A DNA stretch of 64,000 nucleotides from an uncultured Chloroflexota bacterium (GCA_913048525.1 CAJWWP010000004.1:5074-69073); one strand, 5' to 3'. Positions 35,373-46,196 are shown, counted from the stretch's first letter. Notes: a model not told the origin generated them from the sequence alone. Made by a program: numbers and translations.

Positions 35373-36935
35373 ATGAATACATCTGAGTTTCTAAATATAA
35401 CGTCTTTAATCGTTCCGGATCGAACTGCGATTATTTTTGATGGTAAGAGAATTACCTATTCTGATCTAGCATTAAGAGTGGCTAGACTTGCAAATGCACT
35501 TCGGGACCTAGGTGTAAATAGTGGTGACCGAATTGCCACTATGGAGGTCAATTGCAATGAACACATTGAGGCATATTTTGCCGCCGCTAAGTTAGACGCG
35601 ATATACGTCCCGGTAAATTTTAGGGCCACTGAGTCAGAGCTCGAATATATGCTGAAAGATTCGTCTCCTACTGTCTTACTTGCTGGATCCCGGTATACGG
35701 ATATGATTGAGCTTATATCGGCTAAAGTCGAGAGCTTAAAAGCGTTGATTGTGATAGATGGAACTGCCGACGGGTGGCATACATACGACCAGATAGTTAG
35801 CTCAGCTCTTGACGACGAAATGTTTCCGGAGTCAGATGATGATGATTTGACAATGCTAATGTTCACAGCTGGGACTACTGGCTTTCCCAAGGGTGTGATG
35901 TTGAGCCATGATAGCTTTTCCTCTTATATCCTCAGCAACGTTTCACCACCTGACATGGATGTGGAGGAGAAAAATATATTAACCGTTCCTCTTTACCACA
36001 TAGCAGGGGTACAGGCAGTAATGGCGGCTGTCTATGGTGGAAGAACTCTGATTATTCAAAGACAGTTTGAACCTGTTGAATGGATGACTTTGGTTGAACA
36101 GGAAAAAGCCAATAGGGCAATGATGGTACCTACTATGTTGAAGATGATTTTAGATCATCAGGAATTTCAAAACCATGACTTATCAAGTCTCGAAGTTATT
36201 ACCTATGGGGCAGCCCCAATGCCATTAGAAGTTATACGTCGTGCGATAGCGATGTTGCCTGGGACATTTTTTATAAATGCCTTCGGACAAACTGAAACGG
36301 CCGCCACTATAACTATGTTGCCTCCCGAGGACCATATCTTGGAGGGCTCTGATGAAGAAATAGAAGTGAAATTAAAGAGGTTAACTTCTATTGGAAAACC
36401 ATTAGAGGATGTGGAAGTTAGGATTGTGAGCGATGAGGGGAACCAGGTTGGCCTAGGCGAAACAGGGGAAATCGTCGCGAGAGGGTCACGATTGATGAAG
36501 GGGTATTGGAAGCAAGAGCAGGCCACGGCAGAAGCTCTCAGGGGAGGATGGCTTTATACAGGAGACCTCGGGTACTTTGACGAAGATGGCTATATATTCT
36601 TATCTGGCAGGGCTAAAGACTTTATCAAGAGGGGAGGAGAAATGGTTTCCCCAGAGGAAGTGGAGCAAGTTTTACATTCTCATCCAGCTATAGACGAGGC
36701 AGCTATTATTGGCGTACCTGATATCGACTGGGGAGAACGAGTGCGCGCGATTGTGGTGGCTAAGGAAGGGGAGACAATAGACGGTCCTGAAGTGATTGAA
36801 TATTGCAGATCTCGTCTTTCCAGCTTTAAGAAACCTGAGTCAGTTGTAGTTGTGGATAAGCTACCTAGAAATCCTCTTGGTAAGGTTTTGAAGAGAATTT
36901 TGAGAGAGGATTTTAACCACCCAATAGTTGAATGA
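35373..36935 (+). CDS. Acyl-CoA synthetase (AMP-forming adenylating enzyme)
   Basis: AMP-binding motif MFTAGTTGFPKGVMLSH, YGAAP, GQTET, YTGDLGYFDEDGY and the terminal GKVLKR. Confidence 0.9.
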   Translation: MNTSEFLNITSLIVPDRTAIIFDGKRITYSDLALRVARLANALRDLGVNSGDRIATMEVNCNEHIEAYFAAAKLDAIYVPVNFRATESELEYMLKDSSPTVLLAGSRYTDMIELISAKVESLKALIVIDGTADGWHTYDQIVSSALDDEMFPESDDDDLTMLMFTAGTTGFPKGVMLSHDSFSSYILSNVSPPDMDVEEKNILTVPLYHIAGVQAVMAAVYGGRTLIIQRQFEPVEWMTLVEQEKANRAMMVPTMLKMILDHQEFQNHDLSSLEVITYGAAPMPLEVIRRAIAMLPGTFFINAFGQTETAATITMLPPEDHILEGSDEEIEVKLKRLTSIGKPLEDVEVRIVSDEGNQVGLGETGEIVARGSRLMKGYWKQEQATAEALRGGWLYTGDLGYFDEDGYIFLSGRAKDFIKRGGEMVSPEEVEQVLHSHPAIDEAAIIGVPDIDWGERVRAIVVAKEGETIDGPEVIEYCRSRLSSFKKPESVVVVDKLPRNPLGKVLKRILREDFNHPIVE

Positions 36936-36975
36936 ATAATCATCTTTAATTGGTAAATTTTGAAGGATGTTGTAA

Positions 36976-38214
36976 ATGAAAATCACTAACATTGAAAATT
37001 TTATAGTTGATGCCGGATGGAGACCCTGGGGGTTTGTCAAAGTCGAGACAGACGAGGGTATAACCGGTTGGGGCGAGTGTAGCGATGGGCGTTCGCCAAA
37101 TGGAGTTGCAGGCACCATCGAGGACTTGAAACCTGTCCTGATAGGCACTGACCCTCGGGAATTTGAGATGAGATTTTGGGATATGTTTAGAGCCACCCGG
37201 CAAAGCCCGGGAGGGATTGCGGCAAAGGCTCTTGCAGGGTTGGACTGCGCCTTCATAGATATCAAAGCCAAAAGCCTTGGAATTTCAGTTCCAGAACTTT
37301 TTGGGGGTCCAACTCGTGAAAGAGTACGTGTGTACTGGTCTCACTGCGGCACATCTCGAGTTGGCAATAATGAACTTATTGGAGTACCTGCTCTTAGGAC
37401 GTGGGATGATATTACTAATTTAGGTAAAGAAGTAGTGGAACGAGGATTTACAGCTCTAAAAACGAATATCATTGGTCCTGGTGATACCCCCGTACATTTT
37501 GGTGGCGGATTTGGAGGTGGCAAAGGGAGTACGGATCAGGTGGTCACGAAAGGTGTCCTTCGCCATGTGGAGAAGTTGATCGGTACATTTAGAGATGCAG
37601 TTGGTCCAGACGTTGATATAAACCTCGATATTAACTTCAATTTTAAAACTGAGGCGTGTCTCAGAATAGCTCAAGTATTGGAACAGTTCGATATGCTCTG
37701 GTTAGAGATAGATATGTATCAACCTGAGAGTATAAGACAAATAAAGGACTCAACTACTACCAGGATATGTACAGGTGAAAATCTTTTTTACATGAGGGAT
37801 TATTTACCTTATTTTCAACAACACGCTGCGGATATGTTCATGATTGACGTGCCCTGGAATGGGTTCAGCCAATCCAAGAAAGTGGGAGATTTGGCCGAGG
37901 TTTTTCAGCATAACGTGGCTCCTCACAATTACTATAGCCATCTATCTACTTTTGTGAGTGCTTCTCTTTGTGCCTCTTTACCCAATATTCGAATTATGGA
38001 AATTGACATAGACGATGTGCCATGGAAAGACGAATTGACAACTTCTAAGCCCGAGATTATTGATGGCTATATGACGGTTCCAGCTGGACCAGGCTGGGGG
38101 GCAGATATAAATGAGGAAGTTGCAAGAGCCCATCCATGGAAAGGTACCAGGGTTGGATATAGTTCTAGGGGAAACACCCCGTCAGAATTGTCATATGGGT
38201 TACCTTCCATCTAA
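36976..38214 (+). CDS. Enolase-superfamily enzyme (mandelate racemase / acid-sugar dehydratase-like)
   Basis: MKITNIENFIVDAGWRPWGFVKVETDEGITGWGE capping domain. Barrel with LKTNI, DINLDINF, LWLEID and TGEN metal-ligand positions. Confidence 0.87.
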   Translation: MKITNIENFIVDAGWRPWGFVKVETDEGITGWGECSDGRSPNGVAGTIEDLKPVLIGTDPREFEMRFWDMFRATRQSPGGIAAKALAGLDCAFIDIKAKSLGISVPELFGGPTRERVRVYWSHCGTSRVGNNELIGVPALRTWDDITNLGKEVVERGFTALKTNIIGPGDTPVHFGGGFGGGKGSTDQVVTKGVLRHVEKLIGTFRDAVGPDVDINLDINFNFKTEACLRIAQVLEQFDMLWLEIDMYQPESIRQIKDSTTTRICTGENLFYMRDYLPYFQQHAADMFMIDVPWNGFSQSKKVGDLAEVFQHNVAPHNYYSHLSTFVSASLCASLPNIRIMEIDIDDVPWKDELTTSKPEIIDGYMTVPAGPGWGADINEEVARAHPWKGTRVGYSSRGNTPSELSYGLPSI

Positions 38215-39065
38215 ATTTCTTCTGGAATAGGTTGTCCAGATTGAAGGGTTTTTATAAGAGTAGCGGCTGCCTGTGGACGCTCCATATACATGTTGTGGCC
38301 AGTGTTCATGACAGTGCAGAAGTGAATATTGTTTTTAATCCGTGAGAGTTCCTTGACAGGTTGAAAGATGCTTTGTCTATCCTCACTGGCCATAAAAAGT
38401 GTTGGAACCTCTAATTTTTGGAGAGTCGGGAGCAAGTCAAAGTAGTCACCATCTCGATCTTTCCAACTCAGAGTCTGCGTTGCCCATTTCATGTCAAGCC
38501 GGCCATCTTCATTTATAAACGTCTCATGCTCAACGACATCCCTGATCACCTCCGCTGTCCATTTTTTTGTTACCTTGTGCCTTGATAAAAGTTGGGTGAG
38601 CTCTTCCTTATCTGACCATGTGGTCCTGGGTCGAGTTTCCCGAGCTGAAACCATTCGTTGAAATTTTTCATCCACGGTTATCATTGGTTCCAATAGAACA
38701 ATGAAATTAAAGGCACTCGGTTTCCGAGCAGCGTAAAGTGCTAAGGCAATTCCTCCTGTGGAGTGGGCTACTACTGCGTCAGCATGTCCGTCAAAAACAG
38801 TAGTCATAAAATTTTCGATGTTATACGACCGTTCGACAAATCTATAGCCAGAAAATGGCCAATCGCTGTTGCCATGCCCGAAAAGATCCATTGCTGTTAC
38901 GGTATGGGTTGAAGCTAATTTACGCGATAATGCATCGAAGCTTCTAGAGGTTCTCATGTCGCCATGTATTAGAAGTACTGTGGTATTTCCGGTTCCCATC
39001 TGCACATAATGCGACTTGAGTCCTTCTAGTTCCACAAAATGACTCTTGGGTTTCATCGGTTGCAT
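38211..39065 (-). CDS. Alpha/beta hydrolase
   Basis: VLLIHGD oxyanion region, the nucleophile elbow VVAHSTGG and a C-terminal GHNMY His. Confidence 0.8.
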   Translation of the reverse strand: MQPMKPKSHFVELEGLKSHYVQMGTGNTTVLLIHGDMRTSRSFDALSRKLASTHTVTAMDLFGHGNSDWPFSGYRFVERSYNIENFMTTVFDGHADAVVAHSTGGIALALYAARKPSAFNFIVLLEPMITVDEKFQRMVSARETRPRTTWSDKEELTQLLSRHKVTKKWTAEVIRDVVEHETFINEDGRLDMKWATQTLSWKDRDGDYFDLLPTLQKLEVPTLFMASEDRQSIFQPVKELSRIKNNIHFCTVMNTGHNMYMERPQAAATLIKTLQSGQPIPEEI

Positions 39066-39155
39066 GCCCGGTATTTCAGTTTTATCACCTTAGAGCGACT
39101 ATAAGAGCCAGCTCCGCAGTGTTCTAGGACTGACCTCTTAATCGAGAAGGTCGGT

Positions 39156-39422
39156 TCATCTCCCACCAGATATGGCTGGGAGAAAGTGAACTTCACTGTC
39201 TACCGAAACTTTCTCTATCATGCCTAAAGGAGTTATTTCCCCGTCAATTGCCACAGCTATATTAGGTTTCACCCTTCCCTCTTCAACTAGGCGTTTTTTA
39301 AAACCTGGGAACATGGAGTCGAGATTATCAATTACCTGTCTTACATTACCACCCTCCACTGACACCCTTTGCTCCCCATTGGAGAGATTCTGCATCAGTG
39401 AAGGTATGAAAACAAGTGCCAT
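39156..39422 (-). CDS. MoaD/CysO-type ubiquitin-fold protein, C-terminus ..ISGG-R
   Basis: 88 aa. VFIPSLMQNLSNGEQRVSVEG..IAVAIDGE..DSEVHFLPAISGGR has the same architecture as the CysO-like protein at 26540. One residue follows the Gly-Gly. Confidence 0.75.
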   Translation of the reverse strand: MALVFIPSLMQNLSNGEQRVSVEGGNVRQVIDNLDSMFPGFKKRLVEEGRVKPNIAVAIDGEITPLGMIEKVSVDSEVHFLPAISGGR

Positions 39423-39435
39423 TAGAGACCTAGAT

Positions 39436-41682
39436 TTATTCTGGGCTTGCGGATTGTATAGCCCCAGGACTCATCGGCAACTCTGTCATGCGCTTTCCAG
39501 TTGCATCGTATATAGCATTTGCAATTGTGGGTGTCGGTGGGACTATGTTAGCCTCTCCAACCCCTCTGACTCCGAATGGGTGTCCGGGGTTTGCGACTTC
39601 TACTATAACTGTATCAATCATTGGAAGATCGAGAGATGTTGGCATTCTGTAGTCAAGTAGACTGGAGTTTGTCATCGTTCCCTCGTCGTTCATGAAGTAT
39701 TCTTCATTCAAGGCCCAACCAATACCTTGGACGCTTCCCCCTTGCATTTGGCCTTCCACGTAACTTGGATGGATAGCCTTCCCTACGTCCTGAACGCATG
39801 TGAATCTTTCCACAGTGGCTTTACCGGTTTCGGGGTCTATTGAAACATCAGCGATATTACCTGCAAATGAGCCACCCACACCCGAGGGGTTGACTGAGGC
39901 TGAACCCGAAATACCACCTCCAGTGTCACTAAGCTGTTCCGCCAATTCTTTGAAGGTCATCTTGAGTTCGGAATCACTCTGAGAACTTATAACGCCATCT
40001 TCCATCTGAAGGTTATTGGCATCAACATCCCATATTTTTGCGGCTCTCTCAATGCATTGTTGTTTCACATCTTGGGCCGCTTCATACGCTGCCCATCCTG
40101 TAGCAAATGTTGTTCTACTGCCTCCGGTCACTGCGGTGAAACCGATTGTGTCCGTGTCTACAACGGTAGGCCTAACGTCTTCTACAGGAATTCCCAGAAC
40201 CTCTGCTGCATGCATTGCTATAGAGGTTCTCGATCCACCGATATCTGTGGAGCCCTCTGTCAGATTGATTGAACCATCTTTGTTGACTGCTATGTTGCAC
40301 GCCGAGTCAAACCCTATGTTGAACCAAAACCCTATCGATACTCCTCTTCCGGTTCCTTCTGCTTTTGCAGACTGGTAATGAGGATGATCACGCATGGCTT
40401 CGAGCACTTCCTTTGCTCCAATCCTGCCAAACACTGGTCCATCAGGTCTTCTGGTTCCTTCTGTAGCAACATTTTTAAGTCGGAGTTCTATTGGGTCCAT
40501 CCCAAGTTTTTCGGCCAATTCATTGACGGCTTGCTCAGCACCAAACGCCGCGTTTGGAGCTCCAGGAGCTCTGTAGGCCGCTGTTTTTGGTTTGTTAACG
40601 ACCACGTCAAACCCATCAATTGTGGAGTTTTCAATATCATACGTGGAGAACACGCATTGAACCGCCGCTCCTACCGGAGACCCTGGGTATGCTCCAGCCT
40701 CCATTGCCATCCAGGCATATGCGGCAGTCATTGTACCGTCGTGTTTAGCCCCTATTTTAATTTTTATTTGGGAGCCCGGTGTAGGCCCTGATGCCTCAAA
40801 AGTTTCTTTTCTGCTCATTACTATTTTCACAGGTGCCCCAGTTTTGCGGGAGAGTAGGGCAGCTACAGGCTCTAAATAAATCGGAATTTTCCCTCCGAAT
40901 CCGCCTCCAATTTCAGTTGGGGTTACCCTGACCATTGAAACGGGCATGTCAAGTAACTCAGCCACGCTGTCCCTGACGACAAAAGACCCTTGTGTGCTGC
41001 ACCAAATGTGCAGCCTTCCGTCATGACTCCATAGAGCAGTAGCGTTATGAGGTTCTATATATCCTTGGTGTACTGTTTTTGTGTTGTATTCACGCTCGAC
41101 TATTACGTCGGCTTCTTCAAAGCCTTTTGCTATATCACCTTTCACATGTTGGGAATGAGAGGCAATGTTACTTACGACTCCTGTATCTTCTCCGAGCTCT
41201 TCAGTGGTTAAAGATTCGTGTAATATCGAGGCGTTTGATGCCATAGCCTCTTGGGTTGTCAATACTGGTGTGAGTACTTCGTATTCTACGTCGATGAGGC
41301 TGAGAGCTGATTCTGCAACGTGGGGATTAGAGGCCGCCACTCCAGCGATTGCCTGGCCCGCGTATAGGACCTTGTCACTCGCCAGTATATTGTCCTTTAA
41401 CCATTTGTTACCGGCTTGGGGAAAATCTTTTGAAGTAACGACAGCCTTAACGCCGTCTAGCTTTTCCGCTTTGCTAGTGTCAATTGAAATTATTTTGGCG
41501 TGGGCATGTGGGCTTCTTAGAATTTTCCCCTGAAGTAACCCCGCTGCGTCAAAGTCAGCTCCATAGATTGCTCTGCCGGTTACTTTGTCTGCACCGTCAT
41601 GGCGGACTGGTCTTGTGCCTATCACCTTGTAATCAGTATCGGTAGCCAGAACCATATTTCTTTCATAGTCGGCCGTTGTCAT
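39436..41682 (-). CDS. Xanthine dehydrogenase/aldehyde oxidase-family molybdopterin-binding large subunit
   Basis: 748 aa. Motifs VTGRAIYGADF, GGGFGGK, AAYRAPGAPNAAFG and the C-terminal GVGE. It lacks the CODH loops (AYxCSFR / AYRGAGR). Confidence 0.92.
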   Translation of the reverse strand: MTTADYERNMVLATDTDYKVIGTRPVRHDGADKVTGRAIYGADFDAAGLLQGKILRSPHAHAKIISIDTSKAEKLDGVKAVVTSKDFPQAGNKWLKDNILASDKVLYAGQAIAGVAASNPHVAESALSLIDVEYEVLTPVLTTQEAMASNASILHESLTTEELGEDTGVVSNIASHSQHVKGDIAKGFEEADVIVEREYNTKTVHQGYIEPHNATALWSHDGRLHIWCSTQGSFVVRDSVAELLDMPVSMVRVTPTEIGGGFGGKIPIYLEPVAALLSRKTGAPVKIVMSRKETFEASGPTPGSQIKIKIGAKHDGTMTAAYAWMAMEAGAYPGSPVGAAVQCVFSTYDIENSTIDGFDVVVNKPKTAAYRAPGAPNAAFGAEQAVNELAEKLGMDPIELRLKNVATEGTRRPDGPVFGRIGAKEVLEAMRDHPHYQSAKAEGTGRGVSIGFWFNIGFDSACNIAVNKDGSINLTEGSTDIGGSRTSIAMHAAEVLGIPVEDVRPTVVDTDTIGFTAVTGGSRTTFATGWAAYEAAQDVKQQCIERAAKIWDVDANNLQMEDGVISSQSDSELKMTFKELAEQLSDTGGGISGSASVNPSGVGGSFAGNIADVSIDPETGKATVERFTCVQDVGKAIHPSYVEGQMQGGSVQGIGWALNEEYFMNDEGTMTNSSLLDYRMPTSLDLPMIDTVIVEVANPGHPFGVRGVGEANIVPPTPTIANAIYDATGKRMTELPMSPGAIQSASPE

Positions 41683-41687
41683 ACTCT

Positions 41688-42167
41688 TTACGCCTCCTGT
41701 AGTCTCTTGGCAGCGTCTTGGACTGCTCTAACGATTTTGTCATAGCCTGTGCACCGGCATAAGTTATTGGCGAGCCAAAACCTTATCTCGTGTTCAGTTG
41801 GGTTCGGATTTTGTTCTAGCAGTGCCTTGGATGAAATTATGAAACCTGGGGTGCAAATCCCACACTGCAAAGCTGCATTTTCTAGAAACGCTAGTTGCAG
41901 TGGATGGAGATTGCTCCCGTCCGCAACACCTTCGATAGTTTCTATGTTTGCCCCTTCTGCTTCTACACCAAGTACAAGGCAAGCGGTGACTATGCGTCCG
42001 TCTATGTTGACGGTGCAAGCTCCACAGTTCCCATCGTTACAGCCCTCTTTGGTACCTGTTAGGCCTATCTCATCCCTAAGGCATTCAAGTAGGCTTTGTC
42101 TAGGTTCACACAGGAAATCGACGTGTTCCCCATTTATAGTTGTTTGTACGTATGTTTTTGCTGGCAT
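41688..42167 (-). CDS. (2Fe-2S)-binding small subunit of the Mo hydroxylase
   Basis: CNDGNCGACTV and CGICTPG..CRCTGY cluster motifs. Confidence 0.93.
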   Translation of the reverse strand: MPAKTYVQTTINGEHVDFLCEPRQSLLECLRDEIGLTGTKEGCNDGNCGACTVNIDGRIVTACLVLGVEAEGANIETIEGVADGSNLHPLQLAFLENAALQCGICTPGFIISSKALLEQNPNPTEHEIRFWLANNLCRCTGYDKIVRAVQDAAKRLQEA

Positions 42168-43046
42168 TTAGCTCGCTCCCTGTGCTCTCTCTACTGCTGT
42201 GTTAAGGGCACGTCTTGTCAGAACATCACAGAGATGTTTACGGTAGTCCGCGGTGCCTCTCATATCGGATATTGGTTTTGCTGCAGCCTTAGCGAGATCT
42301 GCAGCCTTCTGAATTACTCCTTCGCTGACTGTTTGCCCAACGAGAGCCTCCCCTGCCTCCTCTACCAAGAGTGGAGTGGGTGCCACTGAGGCCAAGCTTA
42401 CTCTCGCAGATGTAAATTTGCCGTCCTCAATAGTTACTGAGGCACCTACTCCCGCTACCGCAATATCCATCTCATTTCTGGGAATGAATCTAATGTAATT
42501 AGCTCCAAATCCGGCGCCATTGCTGGGAAAGTTAATAGATACCAGTAGTTCGTCGCTCCCAATGCATGATTGTCCAGGACCGGTGCATATATCTTCTACA
42601 GGGACTTCTCTTGTGCCAGAAGGACCTGCGATTGTCGCTACCGCTCTGTGTGCAATCATATTTGGGATTGAATCTCCGCTAGGAGCCGCGTTACAAAGGT
42701 TCCCACCGAATGAGGCACGCCCTTGAATCTGGGTGCCACCTATGAGGGTGGCAGAGTCGTTCAAAGCAGAGAAATGGCTGTTTACATTGTCGTCGCCATA
42801 AATCTTGTAGCATTCAACTGCTGCTCCTACAGTCAACCCTTTGTTGGCGTCATAACTGAGTTCGTTAAGTTCCGGAATGCTCTTTATGTCTACCACCACG
42901 TCAGGATTGATCCGAGGGTGTCCTGCTCTTAATTGAACTATCAGGTCCGTTCCCCCTGCCATAGCCCTAGCGGTTCCACCTGAATCTGAAAGAAGTTTGA
43001 CAGCATCTTCTACCGTATTGGGTTTCTCAAAATCTATCCACTTCAA
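42168..43046 (-). CDS. FAD-binding medium subunit of the Mo hydroxylase (CoxM/XdhB-like)
   Basis: AMAGGTDLIVQLR, GGNLCNA and C-terminal DMRGTADYR. The stop abuts the small-subunit start. Confidence 0.9.
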   Translation of the reverse strand: MKWIDFEKPNTVEDAVKLLSDSGGTARAMAGGTDLIVQLRAGHPRINPDVVVDIKSIPELNELSYDANKGLTVGAAVECYKIYGDDNVNSHFSALNDSATLIGGTQIQGRASFGGNLCNAAPSGDSIPNMIAHRAVATIAGPSGTREVPVEDICTGPGQSCIGSDELLVSINFPSNGAGFGANYIRFIPRNEMDIAVAGVGASVTIEDGKFTSARVSLASVAPTPLLVEEAGEALVGQTVSEGVIQKAADLAKAAAKPISDMRGTADYRKHLCDVLTRRALNTAVERAQGAS

Positions 43047-43295
43047 AAGCCTTCCTCCTTATACTGCATCTGCAAGTTTTGTCACAAACACAAAGTTATC
43101 CATTTTTAACTTCTATTACCTTTATGATGTACATACATGAACAAAAGAACCGGACCAACGCCAATGTGACAGCCCGATTTGCGGGATCAGTCTAACATAT
43201 GGATTAAAGGGGAACAATAAACCGGATTAGTCACTATCTGTACAGAGGAAAAGATGGCTAAACTATATGTCTCTTGATGCCCAAAATACTTGGTG

Positions 43296-46196
43296 TTAGT
43301 CGGCCACAGCGCCCATTTGTATATCGGATAGCAAAGTGTTTAGATATGAACCTGTGTGAGAGCCTTCAACTTTGGCTACATCCTCAGGGGTCCCCACGCA
43401 AACTATCTGCCCCCCCCTGTCTCCTGCACCCGGTCCCATGTCAATTAGCCAGTCCGCATTCTTGATTAGATCTAGATGATGTTCTATTAGTACTACCGAG
43501 TTACCGGAATCAACCAAGCGGTGCATAACTTTTAATAGCTGTGCGCAATCTTCAAATGATAATCCAGTCGTTGGTTCATCCAATATGTACAGCGTTTGTC
43601 CCGTTGCTCTTTTTGAGAGTTCGGTGGCAAGCTTGACTCTCTGCGCCTCTCCGCCACTTAGTTGAGTCGCTGGTTGTCCCAGCCTTATGTAACCCAATCC
43701 AACATCTTTTAGCGTCTGCAACTTGTTGCTGATTCTTGGGATGTTTGAGAATAAATCTACTGCTTCAGTCACGGTCATGGAGAGTACGTCAGCTATGCTA
43801 TGACCCCTATAAAGTATTTCAAGGGCTTCCCTGTTATATCTATTCCCGCCACATTCTTCACAAGGTACGCTGACGTCAGGAAGGAATTGCATTTCGATAT
43901 TTATCTGCCCATCTCCTGAGCATGCCTCACACCTTCCTCCTTTGACATTAAAGGAAAATCTGCCAGGTTTATATCCTCTACTTCTCGCTTCAGGGACTTG
44001 TGCAAAAAGTTCTCTGATAGGAGTAAAAGTACCGGTATAGGTGGCAGGGTTACTCCTTGGAGTTCTACCAATTGGAGATTGATCAATGTTCACAACCTTA
44101 TCCAGGTTGTCTATCCCGCGAATTTCTTTGAAGGATCCCGGACGGTCTCTAGAACGATAAAAGTGCTGGGCTAGCCTTTTGTAGAGTATCTCATTTATTA
44201 GAGTGCTTTTACCGGAACCAGATACACCAGTTACGCAAACAAATATACCTAGCGGGATGTCGACATCTATGTTTTTGAGGTTGTTTTGGGTCGCTCCAAT
44301 GATATTGAGACAGGATCCGTTGGCGGTTCTCCTACTGGTGGGAATGTCGATCTTCTTTTTGCCTGATAAGTATTGTCCTGTAAGTGATCTAGGGTTGGAC
44401 ATCACTTTTTTGGGTGTTCCTGATGCAACTATGTGCCCCCCGTGTTCCCCGGCTCCTGGACCTAAATCTACAATATGGTCTGCGGCCCTCATAATTGCTT
44501 CATCATGCTCAACTATAAGTACAGTGTTTCCAACATCCCTAAGACCTTTTAAGGTGTTGATTAGTCGAGCATCGTCGGCTGGATGAAGACCTATAGAAGG
44601 TTCATCACACACATATAGGACTCCCATCAGTCCTGAGCCTATTTGAGTGGCTAGTCTGATCCTTTGTGCCTCTCCTCCGCTCAATGTTGAGGCTGTTCTG
44701 CTGAGAGTCAGATAGTCCAGACCTATGTTTAAAAGGAATTCGAGCCGAGACGCGATTTCTTTTAGGATCTGGGATCCTATTGAAATTTGTCTTTCAGTCA
44801 GTACGTCTTTATTACTCAGGTTGGTTGTCCATTCATAGCATGCTCTTACTGACAGGTCAGTTACGTCCATTATGGTGCTTTGGTTAACAATGACTGCGAG
44901 AGCTTCAGGCCTCAGTCGTTTTCCCTGACAACTTTGGCAGGGAAGTGAGGTCATATAACGTTCGATGTCTTTTCTAACACTTTCGGATTCTGTCTCGGTA
45001 TGTCGTCTCTCAAGATTATTAATCACTCCCTCGAATTTCGTCTTCCAACGGTAAGTTCTTCCCCTTCTTGTTTTGTGATTCACTTGGATTCTTTTGCCGC
45101 CCGTACCAAGGAGTATGGTGTTGAGTTCATCATCAGTTAGTTCATCTATTGGAAGGTTAGGATTAAATCCTATCGCTTCGGCTAGTGACAGTAATTGGCT
45201 TGAATACCATGGGGACATGGATCCAGAACGCGCCCAACCCACGATGCCACCGTCTGTGATTGATCGGGATTTATCTGGTATGACCAGATCTGGATCCACG
45301 ATTAGCTTGTATCCTAGGCCAGAACAAATATTGCAAGCACCGTGGGGATTGTTGAAGCTAAAAGTGCGTGGTTCTAATTCCCCCAGGTTCACATTGCAGT
45401 GCACGCATGCAAAGTCTTCAGAAAACATCATCTCATCTCCACCCTGGACATCTACCATCACGAGACCTTCAGATTGAGATAGTGCCGCCTCTGCACTCTC
45501 TGTTACCCTTCCCTGATCAACCGATCGATTAATAATTAATCTGTCTACAACCACATCTATGTTGTGCCATTTTTGTTTGTCTAAGTCGAATTTCTCCGAC
45601 AAATCATGTGTTTCCCCGTTAACTCGAACTCTAACGAAACCAGCGCGTCTCGCTGACTCAAAAACATCCCGATGCTCACCCTTTCTTCTCCTTACCACCG
45701 GTGCAAGTATTTGTATCCTGCTTTCATCGGGCAGCGACAGGATTGAATCGGCTATTTGTTGCACTGTTTGTTTTTGGATCACGCGCCCACACTTGAAGCA
45801 ATGTGGTGTGCCTATACGAGCAAACAAAAGTCTGAGATAGTCGTAAATTTCGGTGACTGTACCGACTGTGGATCTAGGGTTGTGTGATGTTCCTTTTTGG
45901 TCAATTGAAATAGCTGGAGAAAGGCCCTCTATGTAATCCACTTCAGGCTTGTCCATCCGTCCTAGGAACTGTCGGGCATAGGAGGAAAGCGATTCTACAT
46001 ATCTTCGCTGGCCTTCAGCGTAAATCGTGTCAAAAGCCAGAGAGCTTTTGCCCGAACCGGATACTCCCGTAATAACAACCAACTTGTTTCTGGGTATTGT
46101 CACGTCAACGTTTTTGAGGTTGTGTTCCCTCGCACCTTTGACAATTATGTTTTTAGCCAACCCATTTGATGCCAAAATTGCCGCCTCTAAGACCAT
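43296..46196 (-). CDS. uvrA: Excinuclease ABC subunit A
   Basis: Two ABC modules ([27 protein letters not shown]; LSGGEAQR twice) and zinc-finger Cys pairs. Confidence 0.97.
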   Translation of the reverse strand: MVLEAAILASNGLAKNIIVKGAREHNLKNVDVTIPRNKLVVITGVSGSGKSSLAFDTIYAEGQRRYVESLSSYARQFLGRMDKPEVDYIEGLSPAISIDQKGTSHNPRSTVGTVTEIYDYLRLLFARIGTPHCFKCGRVIQKQTVQQIADSILSLPDESRIQILAPVVRRRKGEHRDVFESARRAGFVRVRVNGETHDLSEKFDLDKQKWHNIDVVVDRLIINRSVDQGRVTESAEAALSQSEGLVMVDVQGGDEMMFSEDFACVHCNVNLGELEPRTFSFNNPHGACNICSGLGYKLIVDPDLVIPDKSRSITDGGIVGWARSGSMSPWYSSQLLSLAEAIGFNPNLPIDELTDDELNTILLGTGGKRIQVNHKTRRGRTYRWKTKFEGVINNLERRHTETESESVRKDIERYMTSLPCQSCQGKRLRPEALAVIVNQSTIMDVTDLSVRACYEWTTNLSNKDVLTERQISIGSQILKEIASRLEFLLNIGLDYLTLSRTASTLSGGEAQRIRLATQIGSGLMGVLYVCDEPSIGLHPADDARLINTLKGLRDVGNTVLIVEHDEAIMRAADHIVDLGPGAGEHGGHIVASGTPKKVMSNPRSLTGQYLSGKKKIDIPTSRRTANGSCLNIIGATQNNLKNIDVDIPLGIFVCVTGVSGSGKSTLINEILYKRLAQHFYRSRDRPGSFKEIRGIDNLDKVVNIDQSPIGRTPRSNPATYTGTFTPIRELFAQVPEARSRGYKPGRFSFNVKGGRCEACSGDGQINIEMQFLPDVSVPCEECGGNRYNREALEILYRGHSIADVLSMTVTEAVDLFSNIPRISNKLQTLKDVGLGYIRLGQPATQLSGGEAQRVKLATELSKRATGQTLYILDEPTTGLSFEDCAQLLKVMHRLVDSGNSVVLIEHHLDLIKNADWLIDMGPGAGDRGGQIVCVGTPEDVAKVEGSHTGSYLNTLLSDIQMGAVAD

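Noticed and set aside
39436-41682. Possibility that the CoxMSL-ordered operon is an aerobic CO dehydrogenase.
   Set aside because: The active-site loop reads AAYRAPGAP, not AYxCSFR (form I) or AYRGAGR (form II). No coxD/E/F/G genes are present.
39800-42389. A cluster of long plus-strand ORFs (up to 140 aa) opposite the Mo-hydroxylase genes. Similar antisense ORFs lie at 34179-34613, 35456-35890, 36861-37271, 9536-9913 and 11987-12325.
   Set aside because: All lie fully inside strongly supported genes on the other strand. Their translations are Ser/Pro/Cys-rich with no motifs, so I treat them as frame shadows rather than overlapping genes.
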